Part shown: positions 26,517 to 36,936 of the stretch, one piece after another
Layout of the letters: each line of letters starts with the position of its first letter
How positions within the stretch are numbered: position 1 is the first letter of the stretch
From: Podarcis liolepis
Taxonomy: Eukaryota
NCBI GenBank assembly: GCA_965112155.1
Contig: OZ218100.1
Reading direction: 5' to 3' (one strand)
Length of the DNA: 64,000 nt
Notes under the pieces: generated by a model
Told to the model about the DNA's origin: nothing
The model's input: the letters and a program-made list of their open reading frames with translations, nothing else
The model's database searches: none
Made by a program: the position numbers and the translations under genes

Positions 26517-29500
26517 GTATCAGAGCAAGCTTCTGTTGCCTCTTTCTATCCTCTCTCTGTTGGCCTTTTTACCATTGTTTCCAACTTTGCATTGTGGGTG
26601 CTACCAGACATGGACTATTTTTGCAGCATTCAGTAACGGCTGTTCTGCTTTAAAAATAAAACCTCATTGCAGATTGATTCTGCAGCACCCCACTGTCTCC
26701 ACACCTTCCCATTGTGGGTGGACCTATACCAAAACTGCAATCACCAGCTCTTTGTGTCTCGTTCAAATGACAGTCTTGTCCTTTTGTGTTCTTTGACAAA
26801 GACATCTGATTTGTTCCTCCTCCCTGGCTATGATAATCTCTGCCCATCACTTAAGCCTTTTTGGACCATCTTAAGACAAGTCAGCAGAACATGAGAGTTA
26901 TCAACAGTCTTTTGCGAAGTCTTAAAAAGGCATCGCCTTAGAGCACCCACATGGGTAGTTCTATGTATAGAACTCAGGAAATCTATAAGAATGCGTGAAT
27001 AATGAGAACAACTTATTTAAGCCTTACCACCTGTGAAAGAGCTTAGGCCCCATTTATATGAAGGGTATCTGGTGTGATTGTTGTTGCTTCTGTGGTAGTT
27101 TCCATTCCAATTGGCATATTCCACACCCTTTGAAGTACATCCCTTGCTTAACAAGCTGTTAAAACAGGGCTGGGAAATTTGTGGTCCTCCTGATATTGGT
27201 GAATCTAATTCCCATCAGCCCAAGCCAGTATGGCCAATGGGCAGGGATGATGGGAGTTGTAGTCCAATAACACCTTGGGAGCTGTCACACAGGTGACACA
27301 TCCAGTGCCAGATTTACTTATAAGCTAAAGGAGCTATAGCTTAGGGCCCCACTCTCTTGGAGGACCCCCCCCCCCCAAAAAAATGAAGGAAAAAACAAAT
27401 GGATGTACATTTCCAAAATATAAGATAAAAAAAAAACCTACATACAGCAACAATGTTTTTTGTTGTGCAGGCTCCTATTTGTTGTGTGCAAATGGCTTTA
27501 GAAACCTATTAGGTCCATAAATTACCATATAGCATATATTCAACACAAAAAACAGTGACAATTTGTTGTTGACTAGGACAGCTGGACATATAAAGGGCCC
27601 CATTACCTTCAGTAGCTTAGGCCTCATCAAACCTAAATCTGGCCCTAGACACATCCTTGGATTAGAGGAACTTTGCCTGGACCCAGCCAGTGTGAGAGCA
27701 ATGAAGGAGGTGGTAGCAACTGCAAATGTCTAGAAGAAACATGACAAGTGGTTATTTAATTTCCATTTTATACAAATTGCATAATAACATTACTGCTTTC
27801 CTGACCCTCTGCTGGCAGCAGCAACGTGATGAAACTTCAAGCCCTGAGGAGACTGCTTTTGCTGCCTTGAGCAGAAACCAATACGATGCTTTGAGGCGCC
27901 TGCGCTCCTACTGGGTCCCCCGGTTTCTCATTCACCACCAGAGGACCAGGCAGCGCAGGTTTGTGTGTTGGAAGATCATGAAATGAACGGGAGTTTGGGG
28001 TGTGCGGAATGGGCTATTTTTTTCAGCTGCACCGGGCAGTAAAATGATATTTTTCTGTGTTATGTGCTAAGTTGAATAGGATCCAAAATGCAGCAGTCTG
28101 ATTGGTCCTAGAACAATAGGATTCAGAATGCAGCAGTCTGATTGGCCCTAGAACAATAGCATCCAGAATTCAGCAGTCTGATTGGTCCACAGGAGCCACC
28201 CAATCCAGCTCCAGGTGAAAGTGAATCCGCAACCTGATTGGCCTACAGGTGAATCCCGGAATAAGCCAATCACGTGGGGCCCTTTGTGTAAATAATGTAT
28301 TTAAAGCAGACATTCTGGGGAACTTCCATTCCTCTTCACCACAATGAGCTGAATAAAGAGCATGAAATCCACTCTTGACTCTGAGTATATTTCACTCTGG
28401 CAGCAAAATTCAATAACCAGAGAGGCCTTTGACAGGAAGATGAGGCAACGTCTTTTTCGCTTAGAGAAAAGGCGAGTAAGGGGTCACATGATAGAAGTTT
28501 ATAACATTAGGAACAGCATGGAGCAAGTGGATAGAGAAAGGTTTTTCTCCTTCCCTTCTAAACACTAGAACTTGTGGGCATAAAATGAAGCTGAATGTTG
28601 GAAGATTCAGGGCAGATTAAAAAAAGTACTTCTTCATGCAGTTAAACCATGGAACCACTCCCACAGGGGGCAATGATGGCCACCAACTCAGATGGCTTTG
28701 GGATTAGACAAATTCATGGAGGATAATGGCTACTGATGGCTACTAGCCATGATGGTTATGCTCTGCCTAAATAGTCAGAGGCAGAAATGCTTCTGAATGC
28801 CAGAATTCGGAGGAGGAGATAGTGATGTTGTGCTCAGGTCCTGTTTGCAGGCACCTGGTTGGCCGCTGTGAGAACAGGATGCTGAAATAGATGGGCCATT
28901 GGCCTGATCCAGCAAGCTCTTCTTATGTTCTTATGAGAGATCTAGGGCAGGTAAACGGGAGCTTGGATTATTGCACAGAATCACTGAGTTGGAAGGGAGG
29001 CCAAAGGGGGATCTAATCCAGTCTCCGACCAATGCATGGAACACTAGAGCAGGGATGGGGAGCCTCAGGCCTCAGGGCCAAATGCAACCCTCCATGCTTC
29101 TCTGCCTGGCACTTGGGACTCTCCCAATGCCACACCTCTCACCAGCCTTGCTTTGCACCTTCCTTGGGTGCTCTTGCCAGGCTGCAATGTGCCCTTGAAT
29201 TTGGCAATGCCTCTTGCTTGCCTAGTTGGAGGCCAGAGAGGGATGTGTGAAGAAACTGGCCTTCTGTACAGAAGGTAAAATTCACATTCGTTGTTACACA
29301 TTAACAGCTGCTACATTGAACATTTAAAAGTGATCTTCATGTGGTGACTATAATGTGCAAATTGGCTCCTCAGGGCGCTTGCATTCTCTGTTGTCTTCCT
29401 CAAGCTGAGGAGTTTGCTGATGTCCTATCGTCTCCCTCTCTCTCTCAAATGGGGAAAGTGGAAGGCTGTTTGTTGGCTCAAAATAATGCCAGTCTATTTA

Positions 29501-30457
29501 TGTTAACACTTCTGAATGCTTAGGCTCAGTTCAGGCTTCCCAGTCGACAAGGAGCTCTTCCCAAGTACTGACTTCCTGTCCTCTCTTAACATGGCGGCAT
29601 TGCTTCCTGTTGTGGATGACCAAAGGGACACAATGAGAAATGAAGACTCGAGAATGGTGTGCGTACCAACCCTTTAAAATCACAGAATGCTTGGTTCTGT
29701 TTTATTTCTGACCTATACTGTTATCCTGTGATCATAAATAACTCTCTTGATGTAGTGGATTTCTCCCTGCTGCAACCCTCCTCCCTCCCCCAGCAGTTTG
29801 ATCATCCTATGGTCTGTAATTGACTAAGTTAAGGTGACTTGGTATTAGGGACTTGTGGGAAACTCGCATGAGAATTTGGGGTGAGGTGGGGGAGGGCTGG
29901 CAGCCAGGTCACTTTAAAGCAGGGGGTGGGGAAGCTGTGCCCCCAGATGTTGTTGGACCACAACTCCCATCATTCCTGACCATTGGCCATGCCAGCTGGG
30001 ATTGTTGGGAGCTAGGATTCAATCACATCTGGATAGCTGCAGATTCCCAGTACATGCTTCAAGGCTTTCACTGGTAGTTGTGGTGACAAGGTATGTATTT
30101 AGGGTAACTCAGCTTTATCAAATAAGCTGAGTTTCAGAATGGCCTTGGAGAATCTGGACACAGTTCTAGCCCTTGTTCCACTGCATCTAGCAGTGAGGCC
30201 CTGAAGGAACATTCGACTCTTTGCTACGGCTGTGATATCTGTCCATCTTTGCTTCAGCAATTTAGGGGGAACAGAAAAAGTCGAATTGGTCCAAGCAAGC
30301 AGTTGGACCTCGCAGAAGACCCCTCTGAAACACTGACCACCACCCGATTTCTCCAGGTACTGATGTGTGACATGGGGGATGGTGATGGCTTTCTTCACTA
30401 CTTGACTCGGTGAGTTATGCTTTTCTTAGCAGCCTGAACATTTACTGTTCTTTGTCG

Positions 30458-30502
<45 letters not shown>

Positions 30503-31008
30503 GCTTCCTATTTGTGACCCAAGGGAGGATATTCACTTGTGGGGAATGTTTTTGCAGCCTTGTGCAGACCAGCTGCCTCCTTATATTCCTGGTTTTATTG
30601 GCGGCATTTTTCCAGTTCTCTGTTAAGCTAAGGGAGGCAGCTTTCCTGGTTTACCCTTCAGGTTTGAGGATCCTCAGAAGACCCATAACCTGTTGCTGTG
30701 GAGGAAGCTGAAGCTCTATGAAGCTGCATGGGCGCAGGAGGCAAGCCAGTCAGAAATTCACCATATTGCTTGGCAGATTTTTCAGACATTTATGGCGTCT
30801 TATGCAGGATGCAACACAGGTGAGCTATCCATGAATGTGGAGCAGCATTTGTTACCTCTGCTCTGTCATATGCCTCTGAGATGGCAGGAACCTAGGTCTG
30901 TTAGGAGTGAGAACCCTTTGATCTGTTGAGGGCCACATTCCTTCAGGGTTTATCTCTTGGGGAACACATGCCAGGGATGGGAAAGACCACAGTCAAAATT
31001 GCACCTCT

Positions 31009-31074
<66 letters not shown>

Positions 31075-34000
31075 ACAGGAATTTGAGAGGGGTGTTCCAG
31101 AGAGAGAAGTAGCAGGTCTGCAGCATACACACCAAATCCTTAAAGCAAAACACCTTTTCCCCAAATCCTGGGAATTGTAGTTTGTTAAGGGTGCTGGGAA
31201 TTGTAGTACTGCATGGGGAAACTTGGTGTCTAAGTAATAGCTCGTCCAAAGAACTGTCATAGCAAGCCTGCACTTTGAAGATGGGGGTCTTAAGCCAACC
31301 TTGTGTTCTGCTTCTCCTTTCCTTGCAGGGCTTAGCGCCCTTATACTGGAATACATCCAGCATCTTGAGAGGATGCTTTCCTTTGGCAGTGAAGACCTGA
31401 AGCCTTCCACTTTTGAACCAGTGGTTCCCTATGTTCTGGCTGTTCTGGATGAGATGTGGCTCCATTATCTTCGCCATGAAGTCACAACTTTCCTTGAGTG
31501 AGTCCCAAGCTGTCCTACACTATTCCACCATGCAAGATGGTGTAGTCTGAGTTTAAACCCAGTTGTTGCTTTATTAACAAAATGGGTTTTGAGAGTCAAT
31601 AAAGAAAACTTTAAATATCTTTTTCCCAGTCAGCCAGTGCTCTTTGCAAATAATTTTTAAGCTCTTTGATTGTAAAAGGGGGGAAATTGCCATCTAATTT
31701 TCTTTTTTGCAGATACTGTGTACCGGAATCTCATGACGATGACCAAAGTATCATGAGCGAAGGCGATAGAGTAAAACAGGAGGGAAATGAGAGGTAATAC
31801 AGAATGCTGTGGAAACAAAGGGGCAACTTAGATGCTGAATTCTATTTAGTAGAGGCCTGGATTTACGAAGTTGCTGTTCTGTTAGCCTCTGTGCCCTTAC
31901 AATATCCTAATTCATAATCTAATGAATGAAAAATAATATCTGGGAAGAAAAAGGTACTGAAATCTACTCAGAGTCGAGAGTGGATTTCATGCTCTTTATT
32001 CAGCTCATAGTGGTGAGGAGGGAATGAAAATCCCCTCCAAGTATCTGCTTTATATACATTATTTACACAATGGGCTGCACGTGATTGGCTAATTCCGGAA
32101 TTCTCCTGTAGGCCAATCAGGTTGTGGATTCACTTCTATCTGGAGCTGGATTGGGTGGCTCCTGCCGACCAATCAGACTGCTGCATTCTGAATCCTATTG
32201 TTCTAGGACCAATCAGACTGCTGCAGTTTGGATCCTATTCAACTCAGTACATAACAGGTACCTAAAGTTTTTTGGGTACCAGCAAATGCCTGGCTTACTC
32301 CTGGGTCTGCTGATAACCTTTCCATTATGTGGAACTTAAAGTGTAGCAGAAGCTATTAACGGGGCGGTTTTCAACACAATCTAAAAGTATTTCGCTTATT
32401 GTGAATTCATTTTCAGTTTATATATTTGAGAGAGAGATTCTAGCCCTCATAGGTGTGAAGGAAAGTTTGAAAATACATGTGCAAAATCTGCAAATGGAGC
32501 TTGGTCAAGGCTAATGAAATGAAAGAGCAGGGTTTGCTTTCTCTGCCAAGCTCTTATCTCCCTGTCCAGATTGCTTTCTCAGGCCATCCCCACCCATCTT
32601 TTGACCTTTCCCACCTCACTCAGTGCCCAGATGAAACCCAAACTACTGCAGTCCCTTTACATTTTGCAAAAATAAAATAAAATGCATCATTCCTTGGTGA
32701 TTTATTCTTAAAATGGAATTTGCATTTCATTGATACACCTCTGGAATATAGTTCTTCCCCACCAAGTCCTCTGAGTGATAAATATTTATGGGCTAATACT
32801 TTGCGAGCAGGGAGGCTTCATATCGAACGGTAACGTGAAGCTGTGATTCCCGAGCCCTGCAATGATCCTCATTTGTGTGGCCCTTCCTGCAGGATAAAGA
32901 AACAGAGGCAGAATGCCTGGCCACACCATGACCAAAAAGGCAGAGGGAGACACAGGAAAAGAATCAGGAAGAAGGCAGCCATGACGTCTCACTGCACAGG
33001 AAGTGCTGCTGAGCAAGAGACAACAGGAGAGAGGTCAACAAGCCCTCAAGATGCGCCCACCCCTCAAAATGCACCTGACCTGCTCAGCAACGCTGTTGTT
33101 TTGAATGTTTATAGGAAGGTGGCTCATAAAATTCAGGATGTGGCGCTGCAAAGGATTCTGGGGCTGCTCCAGGAAGTGGAGGCTTGCCAGGATGCTGCCC
33201 AGAGTGAAAAGCGCCTGGGTTGTGTGGCGAGGCTTCTAGAGATCTGGGACAAGCCAGGGCCTGTGGCATCAAGTGCCTGCTTCCCAGAAGAGCTGAAGAT
33301 GAGGTTAAAGAAGGAGGTAGCCGGGGGAGGGATAAGTGACTCCAGCTGGAAGGAAATCCGGCTCTCTTTGCGTTCCTTTCTGGCCCCTGCTTTTGAGCAG
33401 TTCTGGGATGAAGTGAGTGAGGGGCTGAGGAAGCATGGGATGGAGTCCTCCGAGATCCCAGAGGAGCGCTGGGGGAAGCTGGAACCGTTCCTACACTCCA
33501 TTGCCGCCAAAGTGGCACTCAGGCGTTTAAAGAGCCAGAAAGCTCGCGATGGATCAGCAGCCACAGCTCAACCTGTTAAGGGGGACAAGACCTCTTTCTG
33601 GCAGTCCCTACGGAAAGCCGCAGAGGGCTGGCCCACCATCGAGATTCTCCATTTCCTCAAACACCTCCAGGGGCATGGCCCCCCTGTGCTGGAGAGCGGC
33701 CTCCATTTTCTACTGGAGGTGCAGAAGTTCAAGAACGCCCACCACGCCTGGCCTGACATGGCTCTTCTGAAGAAGAAAGTCCATGTGATACGTGACTGTT
33801 TTCTCAACTCTCAGATTGAGCCCCGGCTGCAGGTACGAGACCTTTCCTGGGTAAGGGGCAGCAAATGTCACAGGGATACATCCTGCGCAAGGGGCAAAGG
33901 CTCCCTATTTTATACCTCCAAACAAGAGGCGTGGCAAGGGAGCAACACCTGCTGTATTCTTTTCTTCCTTGAGCCTGCTCCTAAAGGAGTAAATTTGGGA

Positions 34001-36668
34001 AGGGAGGTGCATTCAAAGAGCTGTTTGACAGTGGACCAGACTTCCTGGGGAGCAGTGGTTTTTATTACATATTTTGTGTTTTTATCTTGCATTTTTATGC
34101 CGTGAACTGCCCTGAGATCTACCGATGAAGGACAGTATACAAATTTAAATAAATAAATAAATAAAAGCTAGCAGCTTTGGCAAACCCGTTGTTGGTGTTG
34201 CCTGCAGATCAGTAATTCCAAAATAATTAAATGCTACTATCAGTCTCCTGCCAGCAGAATTAATCTCAGCTTCTCACAGTCCCTGACTCATTGCATCTGG
34301 GGAATGCCTTGCCTGAGCGCAGCTGCTGCCTCTCAGCATTCGGGCAGAGAAACCAGATTATACCCAAACAGAGGCCAGAGTAGTACGAAAATGGTGTGAG
34401 AGAGAGCACACACGCTTGACCGCAAATTAGTGCTTCTGCTTTACTCTGCTGTTGGAAGAGCCGTGGGCAGGGAGGATGTTTCCTGTGGGTTATCTTGGCA
34501 TGCTCCCAAGTCCAGGATGCTGAATGTGTGCTTCCTGCCCTCCAGGTTGCAGTGGATACTCGGAGGCTGGGGAGAGCTATTCGGGCAGCTGAACAGGCCG
34601 TCCAGGAAGAGATTCCAGTGCCGCCTCCAAGCTTGTTTGATGAGTTGAAGGATTCAGTCTTTAATATTCTGCTGCCGTACTGGGCTGCTTTCCAAAAACA
34701 CTGGCTCAAGCAGTCCCCTGCGAGTGCACAAAAAGCCCCAGGTGGGTTTATTTTCACTTGGAAAACAGAAGAAAGAAAATGGCAAATGTCCATGCAGAGA
34801 TCCCGCCATTGGTGTGTGCGCGTGCACATTAACATAGGCAATCCCTGTGGCAAAACATGTTTTGCGCTCCTGGTTGATGTGTGAGGAAAGTTAAGTGCAA
34901 TTGTGTAGTACTAATGCAAAATATACATAAAGTCCTAGGTTCAGTCTCTCCGCTGGAAGGATCTCACAAATGGGAATGCTGGAAAAGACCTCCAACAGAG
35001 GCAGCAGATGGCTGGCTACTGCCAGGGTAAATGGGCCTGGTCTCAGTAGCCCGCTAGTCTAATTCAATCTTAGAAAAATGCTTCGGCCTTCTGGCAGAAA
35101 GTCCACTTTCAAGACAGTAAAAGTGCAAGTCAGCTCTGGCCAATCTCTGACTTTGTCTTTGTCTTAGGGCATAGCGTGTTTCATGGAATAGGGAGTAAAG
35201 GTTGCACAGTAAAAGCTCTCCAGAGTACCGTAACACCCGTGTGTTTTACCAGTACATCACACTGAGAGAAGAAACAGCTTTGATAGGTCTTCCCTCTCTG
35301 CAGTGTTGAGAAATCAGCTCCTCCTCCAGAAGAGGCGGGCCATGCTTGAAAAGGTGCAAGGGCCACCAACGCAGCTTCTTCAACTGCCACCACTCCAGCG
35401 GCCCAGGGAAGTCCAGCAAAGCAGGGGTCAGGAGGGCTTTACTTACACTTTCTCCATCAGCAAAGGCCTCACGCTACAGGTCAGTATGCGGCATTGCACT
35501 CTTTACTGTTTCCTAGGATTCAGTGGCTTAGAATACTGGGAGAAGAGTGAAAGTACAAACCAATCTGGCAAGAGTGTTGGCTTTTCCCTGCTAAGTGATA
35601 CAGGCTGATATTCCTGCAAGCTGCTTCTCATCTAAGAAAGTAGTTCCTCCTCTGCAGCAACTCAGAGCATCGCAAGACAAAGCTATCACAAAATTTGGTA
35701 CAGCCAAGAATTGTGATAACAGCTCCTGGGTGTTGCACAAACAACCCTAACCAGCACGTTCTGTTGCTGTAGCTGAGAGTTATGCTGCCAACATAAGTCC
35801 CCCCCCCCCTTTTACACCCAGATGACTATGCCTGGGAGCCTGTTGCAAATGCAGTCTCTGGTTCGTTTCCACACTCAAAGGGTGCATACACATGCCAACA
35901 ATAGATATAATAATGGTAGTATTTGTTGCCTTTGGAATTAAATAGAATGTAACAGAATAGCCAAAAATGTAAACAGTTCATGGCAGGCTTTATATGTGTT
36001 TGGCAGAATGGCATCAAAAGCAAGAAATTACAACAAGTAGTCTTGGAAGCAATGTATAGGACCACTTGCTGGAAAGCTTATCAGTGAATATGTCACTATT
36101 CAGGGAAGATTTTTAGTCCCATGAGCCTACACTAGAGAGCAGGAGCAGATGAATTGAGTTGATCATCTTTCAGAATGCCTACCCTCTGTTGCTATTTTTC
36201 ATGGCCTCATAACCTGGTCTTTTTTACAACATTTTTACATATGCAATAGTAGTAATCTTTAATGGGTTGTAGTAGTTCTGCAGAAAATACCATGATCTGT
36301 AAATGACCCAACACTCAGCAAGTGTCTGAAAAATGTGGGATTCCTTGTTGTAGAGCAGGGATTATAGCAACATTTGCAGGGCCAAGGGTTACCCATCCAA
36401 GTTGCAGGGAGTTGAATTTTGGTGGTCTAAAAGTTTGTATGTGTCAACTGGGTATTGCCCTGCAGTTGTTGCAGAAACATTGATGGACTCCAGTGTCACT
36501 TTAGGCTAGAAAATGATAATACGCTAATACAGTAACTGCTTTTCTCCTTAGGGCATGAGCAAAGAACTCATGAGTCACAGCAAGACTAGCTCTTCTGGGA
36601 TTCAAAACAGAAAGAGGTCAACTGGATTTCAGTTTCCCTCACTTCCCAATGTGCCGGTGCTCACTTGA
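15759..36668 (+). CDS. Uncharacterised RGS22/RGSL1-family multi-RGS-domain protein, 19 coding exons, ~1135 aa (gene span)
   Basis: 19 GT-AG exons with compatible phases sum to 3408 nt with no internal stop. Motifs LLTYDDLFLETFNAFLAMP, WLAQERFLPF..FYLEYKLAKLL, FREFLHGTLGIHLLDFWIDCE, ALRRLRSYWVPRFLIH and LHFLLEVQKFK resemble RGS22/RGSL1 (from memory). Confidence 0.85.
16384..16396. promoter_or_regulatory. RFX X-box (GTTGCTAGGCAAC), intron 1 of the RGS-like gene
   Basis: Near-perfect palindromic match to GTTGCYNGGCAAC. Confidence 0.5.
17840..18250 (+). mobile_element. RTE-clade LINE 3' fragment (non-BovB)
   Basis: LYGELASGNRPIGRPTL..CNKTCLSCIGLYSHSRLC. Confidence 0.85.
18915..19075. mobile_element. 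Penelope-like element terminal relic
   Basis: ctgatgaag..gaaa..taaggtgccacaagactc with inverted flank. Confidence 0.6.
19342..19418 (+). CDS. RGS-like exon 2 (EHELLEELLTYDDLFLETFNAFLAMP)
   Basis: ttttgtttcag acceptor, GTGAGT donor; conserved RGS22/RGSL1 N-terminal motif. Confidence 0.9.
19585..19745 (+). mobile_element. Squam2-like SINE
   Basis: ggtcccaggttcaatccctgg B-box and CR1-type tail. Confidence 0.7.
20406..20572 (+). CDS. RGS-like exon 3 (AFPLRLHYDRL...ALSWLAQERFLPFQR)
   Basis: Pyrimidine tract plus aagtag acceptor, AG|gttgag donor, phase 0-2. Confidence 0.85.
21465..21593 (+). mobile_element. Penelope-like element terminus with minimal hammerhead ribozyme core
   Basis: CTGAAGA-A-GTGTG-CATG-CACAC-GAAA-GCTC then taaggtgctactgg..caacacggctacc. 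Confidence 0.7.
21849..22075 (+). CDS. RGS-like exon 4 (TLFYLEYKLAKLLLCP...PACL)
   Basis: cctgctag acceptor, GTGAGT donor, phase 2-1; YxEYxLAKL motif. Confidence 0.88.
22655..22807 (+). CDS. RGS-like exon 5 (Ser-rich linker)
   Basis: tttcctgcag acceptor, G|gtagga donor, open frame, phase 1-1. Confidence 0.7.
22956..23073 (+). CDS. RGS-like exon 6
   Basis: cctcttacag acceptor, GG|gtaagt donor (alternative donor at 22985). Confidence 0.65.
23722..23872 (+). CDS. RGS-like exon 7 (...FGSAALQQLKEEILGT)
   Basis: cctttcgaag acceptor (alternative 23742), GTGAGT phase-0 donor. Confidence 0.75.
23972..24120 (+). mobile_element. tRNA-derived SINE with CR1 3' tail
   Basis: tagctcagtcggttagag..ggttcgattccc head; gattctatgat tail. 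Confidence 0.8.
24273..24604. mobile_element. hAT-type MITE
   Basis: TIR CAGGGGTCTGCAACC, TSD GTTTAGAT/GTTTAGAC, CpG-rich. Confidence 0.9.
25162..25325 (+). CDS. RGS-like exon 8 (RAGMDSFREFLHGTLGIHLLDFWIDCEDI...), RGS-like domain 1
   Basis: gtattgcag acceptor, CG|gtatgg donor; RGS F..FL...L.FW..CE signature. Confidence 0.92.
25461..25510. repeat. (ATT)n microsatellite
   Basis: Direct observation. Confidence 0.95.
25790..25980 (+). mobile_element. Squam3 SINE, internally deleted
   Basis: gccagtgtggtgtagtggttaagagc head, L2-type tail, (TTC)n; near-identical to 61736-62027. Confidence 0.85.
26206..26251 (+). CDS. RGS-like exon 9 (SIQAKYKLMLPPACR)
   Basis: ttttgttggcag acceptor, GTGAGT donor, phase 2-0. 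Confidence 0.8.
27303..27647. mobile_element. hAT-type non-autonomous element
   Basis: TIR CAGTGCCAGATTTA/TAGGGCCAGATTTA, perfect TSD GACACATC. Confidence 0.9.
27819..27958 (+). CDS. RGS-like exon 10 (...QYDALRRLRSYWVPRFLIHH)
   Basis: CAGCAG tandem acceptor, AG|gtttgt donor; RGS C-terminal helix motif. Confidence 0.9.
28058..28394 (+). mobile_element. Solo LTR (Gypsy-like)
   Basis: TG...CA ends, ATTGG repeats, TATA-like, AATAAA, TSD TTCTG/CTCTG. Confidence 0.85.
28440..28935 (+). mobile_element. CR1 LINE 3' fragment
   Basis: [19 protein letters not shown]2 end; cttatgttcttatg tail. Confidence 0.85.
29524..29656 (+). CDS. RGS-like exon 11
   Basis: gcttag acceptor, open frame LSSGFPVDKELF...EDSRM; donor ambiguous (29656 or 29658). 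Confidence 0.65.
30258..30409 (+). CDS. RGS-like exon 12 (...FLQVLMCDMGDGDGFLHYLT)
   Basis: ctttgcttcag acceptor (alternative 30266), CG|gtgagt donor. Confidence 0.8.
30662..30819 (+). CDS. RGS-like exon 13 (NLLLWRKLKLY...IAWQIFQTFM), RGS-like domain 2
   Basis: cccttcag acceptor, CAG|gtgagc donor, phase 2-1. Confidence 0.88.
31004..31077. repeat. (CT)n(CA)n microsatellite
   Basis: Direct observation. Confidence 0.95.
31329..31497 (+). CDS. RGS-like exon 14 (...PSTFEPVVPYVLAVLDEMWLHYL...)
   Basis: ccttgcag acceptor, GA|gtgagt donor, phase 1-2. Confidence 0.88.
31713..31793 (+). CDS. RGS-like exon 15 (acidic linker)
   Basis: tcttttttgcag acceptor, AG|gtaata donor, phase 2-2. Confidence 0.8.
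31958..32256 (-). mobile_element. Solo LTR, same family as 28058-28394, inverted
   Basis: TG...CA ends, perfect 5-bp TSD GGTAC. Confidence 0.9.
32893..33832 (+). CDS. RGS-like exon 16 (940 nt; further RGS-like regions)
   Basis: Inside the 420-aa ORF 32843-34105; cttcctgcag acceptor, CAG|gtacga donor. Confidence 0.92.
34546..34741 (+). CDS. RGS-like exon 17 (...PSLFDELKDSVFNILLPYWAAF...)
   Basis: ccctccag acceptor, G|gtgggt donor; RGS terminal helices. Confidence 0.9.
35304..35479 (+). CDS. RGS-like exon 18 (...LQLPPLQ...YTFSISKGLTLQ)
   Basis: ctctctgcag acceptor, CAG|gtcagt donor, phase 1-0. Confidence 0.85.
36552..36668 (+). CDS. RGS-like terminal exon 19 (GMSKEL...FPSLPNVPVLT*)
   Basis: ttttctccttag acceptor, TGA 36666-36668, AATAAA at 36937 and 37184. 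Confidence 0.75.
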   Translation, partial: GMSKELMSHSKTSSSGIQNRKRSTGFQFPSLPNVPVLT

Positions 36669-36936
36669 CCATGAAAGAAGGTACCGCCATTATTCAGATC
36701 CCAAGACTTTGCATGAATGCTGAGTGGCAGCCAGAAGCCACTATGGAGCATTTTAGAATGATTTCCCCCCAAAAAGCTAGCTTGATGTAACAGAGGGGCA
36801 CCCAAGAGCAAGTTCACAGCCAAGATGTTGTGCAGATGAGAACATGTATGTGTTGCATGCACACATGTACTCCTTGCTGGTGGCCAGGAGGATATCACAG
36901 AAAATGTAACATATGGGGCAGTTGAAAATGGGACAA

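Noticed and set aside
28090-28190. CRISPR-like or satellite direct repeats
   Set aside because: These are tandem ~39-bp units without spacers inside a solo LTR, in eukaryotic DNA.
28058-32256. Full-length LTR retrotransposon between the two LTRs
   Set aside because: The LTRs are inverted with different TSDs, and the interval holds host exons rather than gag/pol.
33833-34105. C-terminal part of the 420-aa ORF as coding sequence
   Set aside because: It is intron read-through after the CAG|GTACGA donor; the RGS domain continues in exon 34546-34741.
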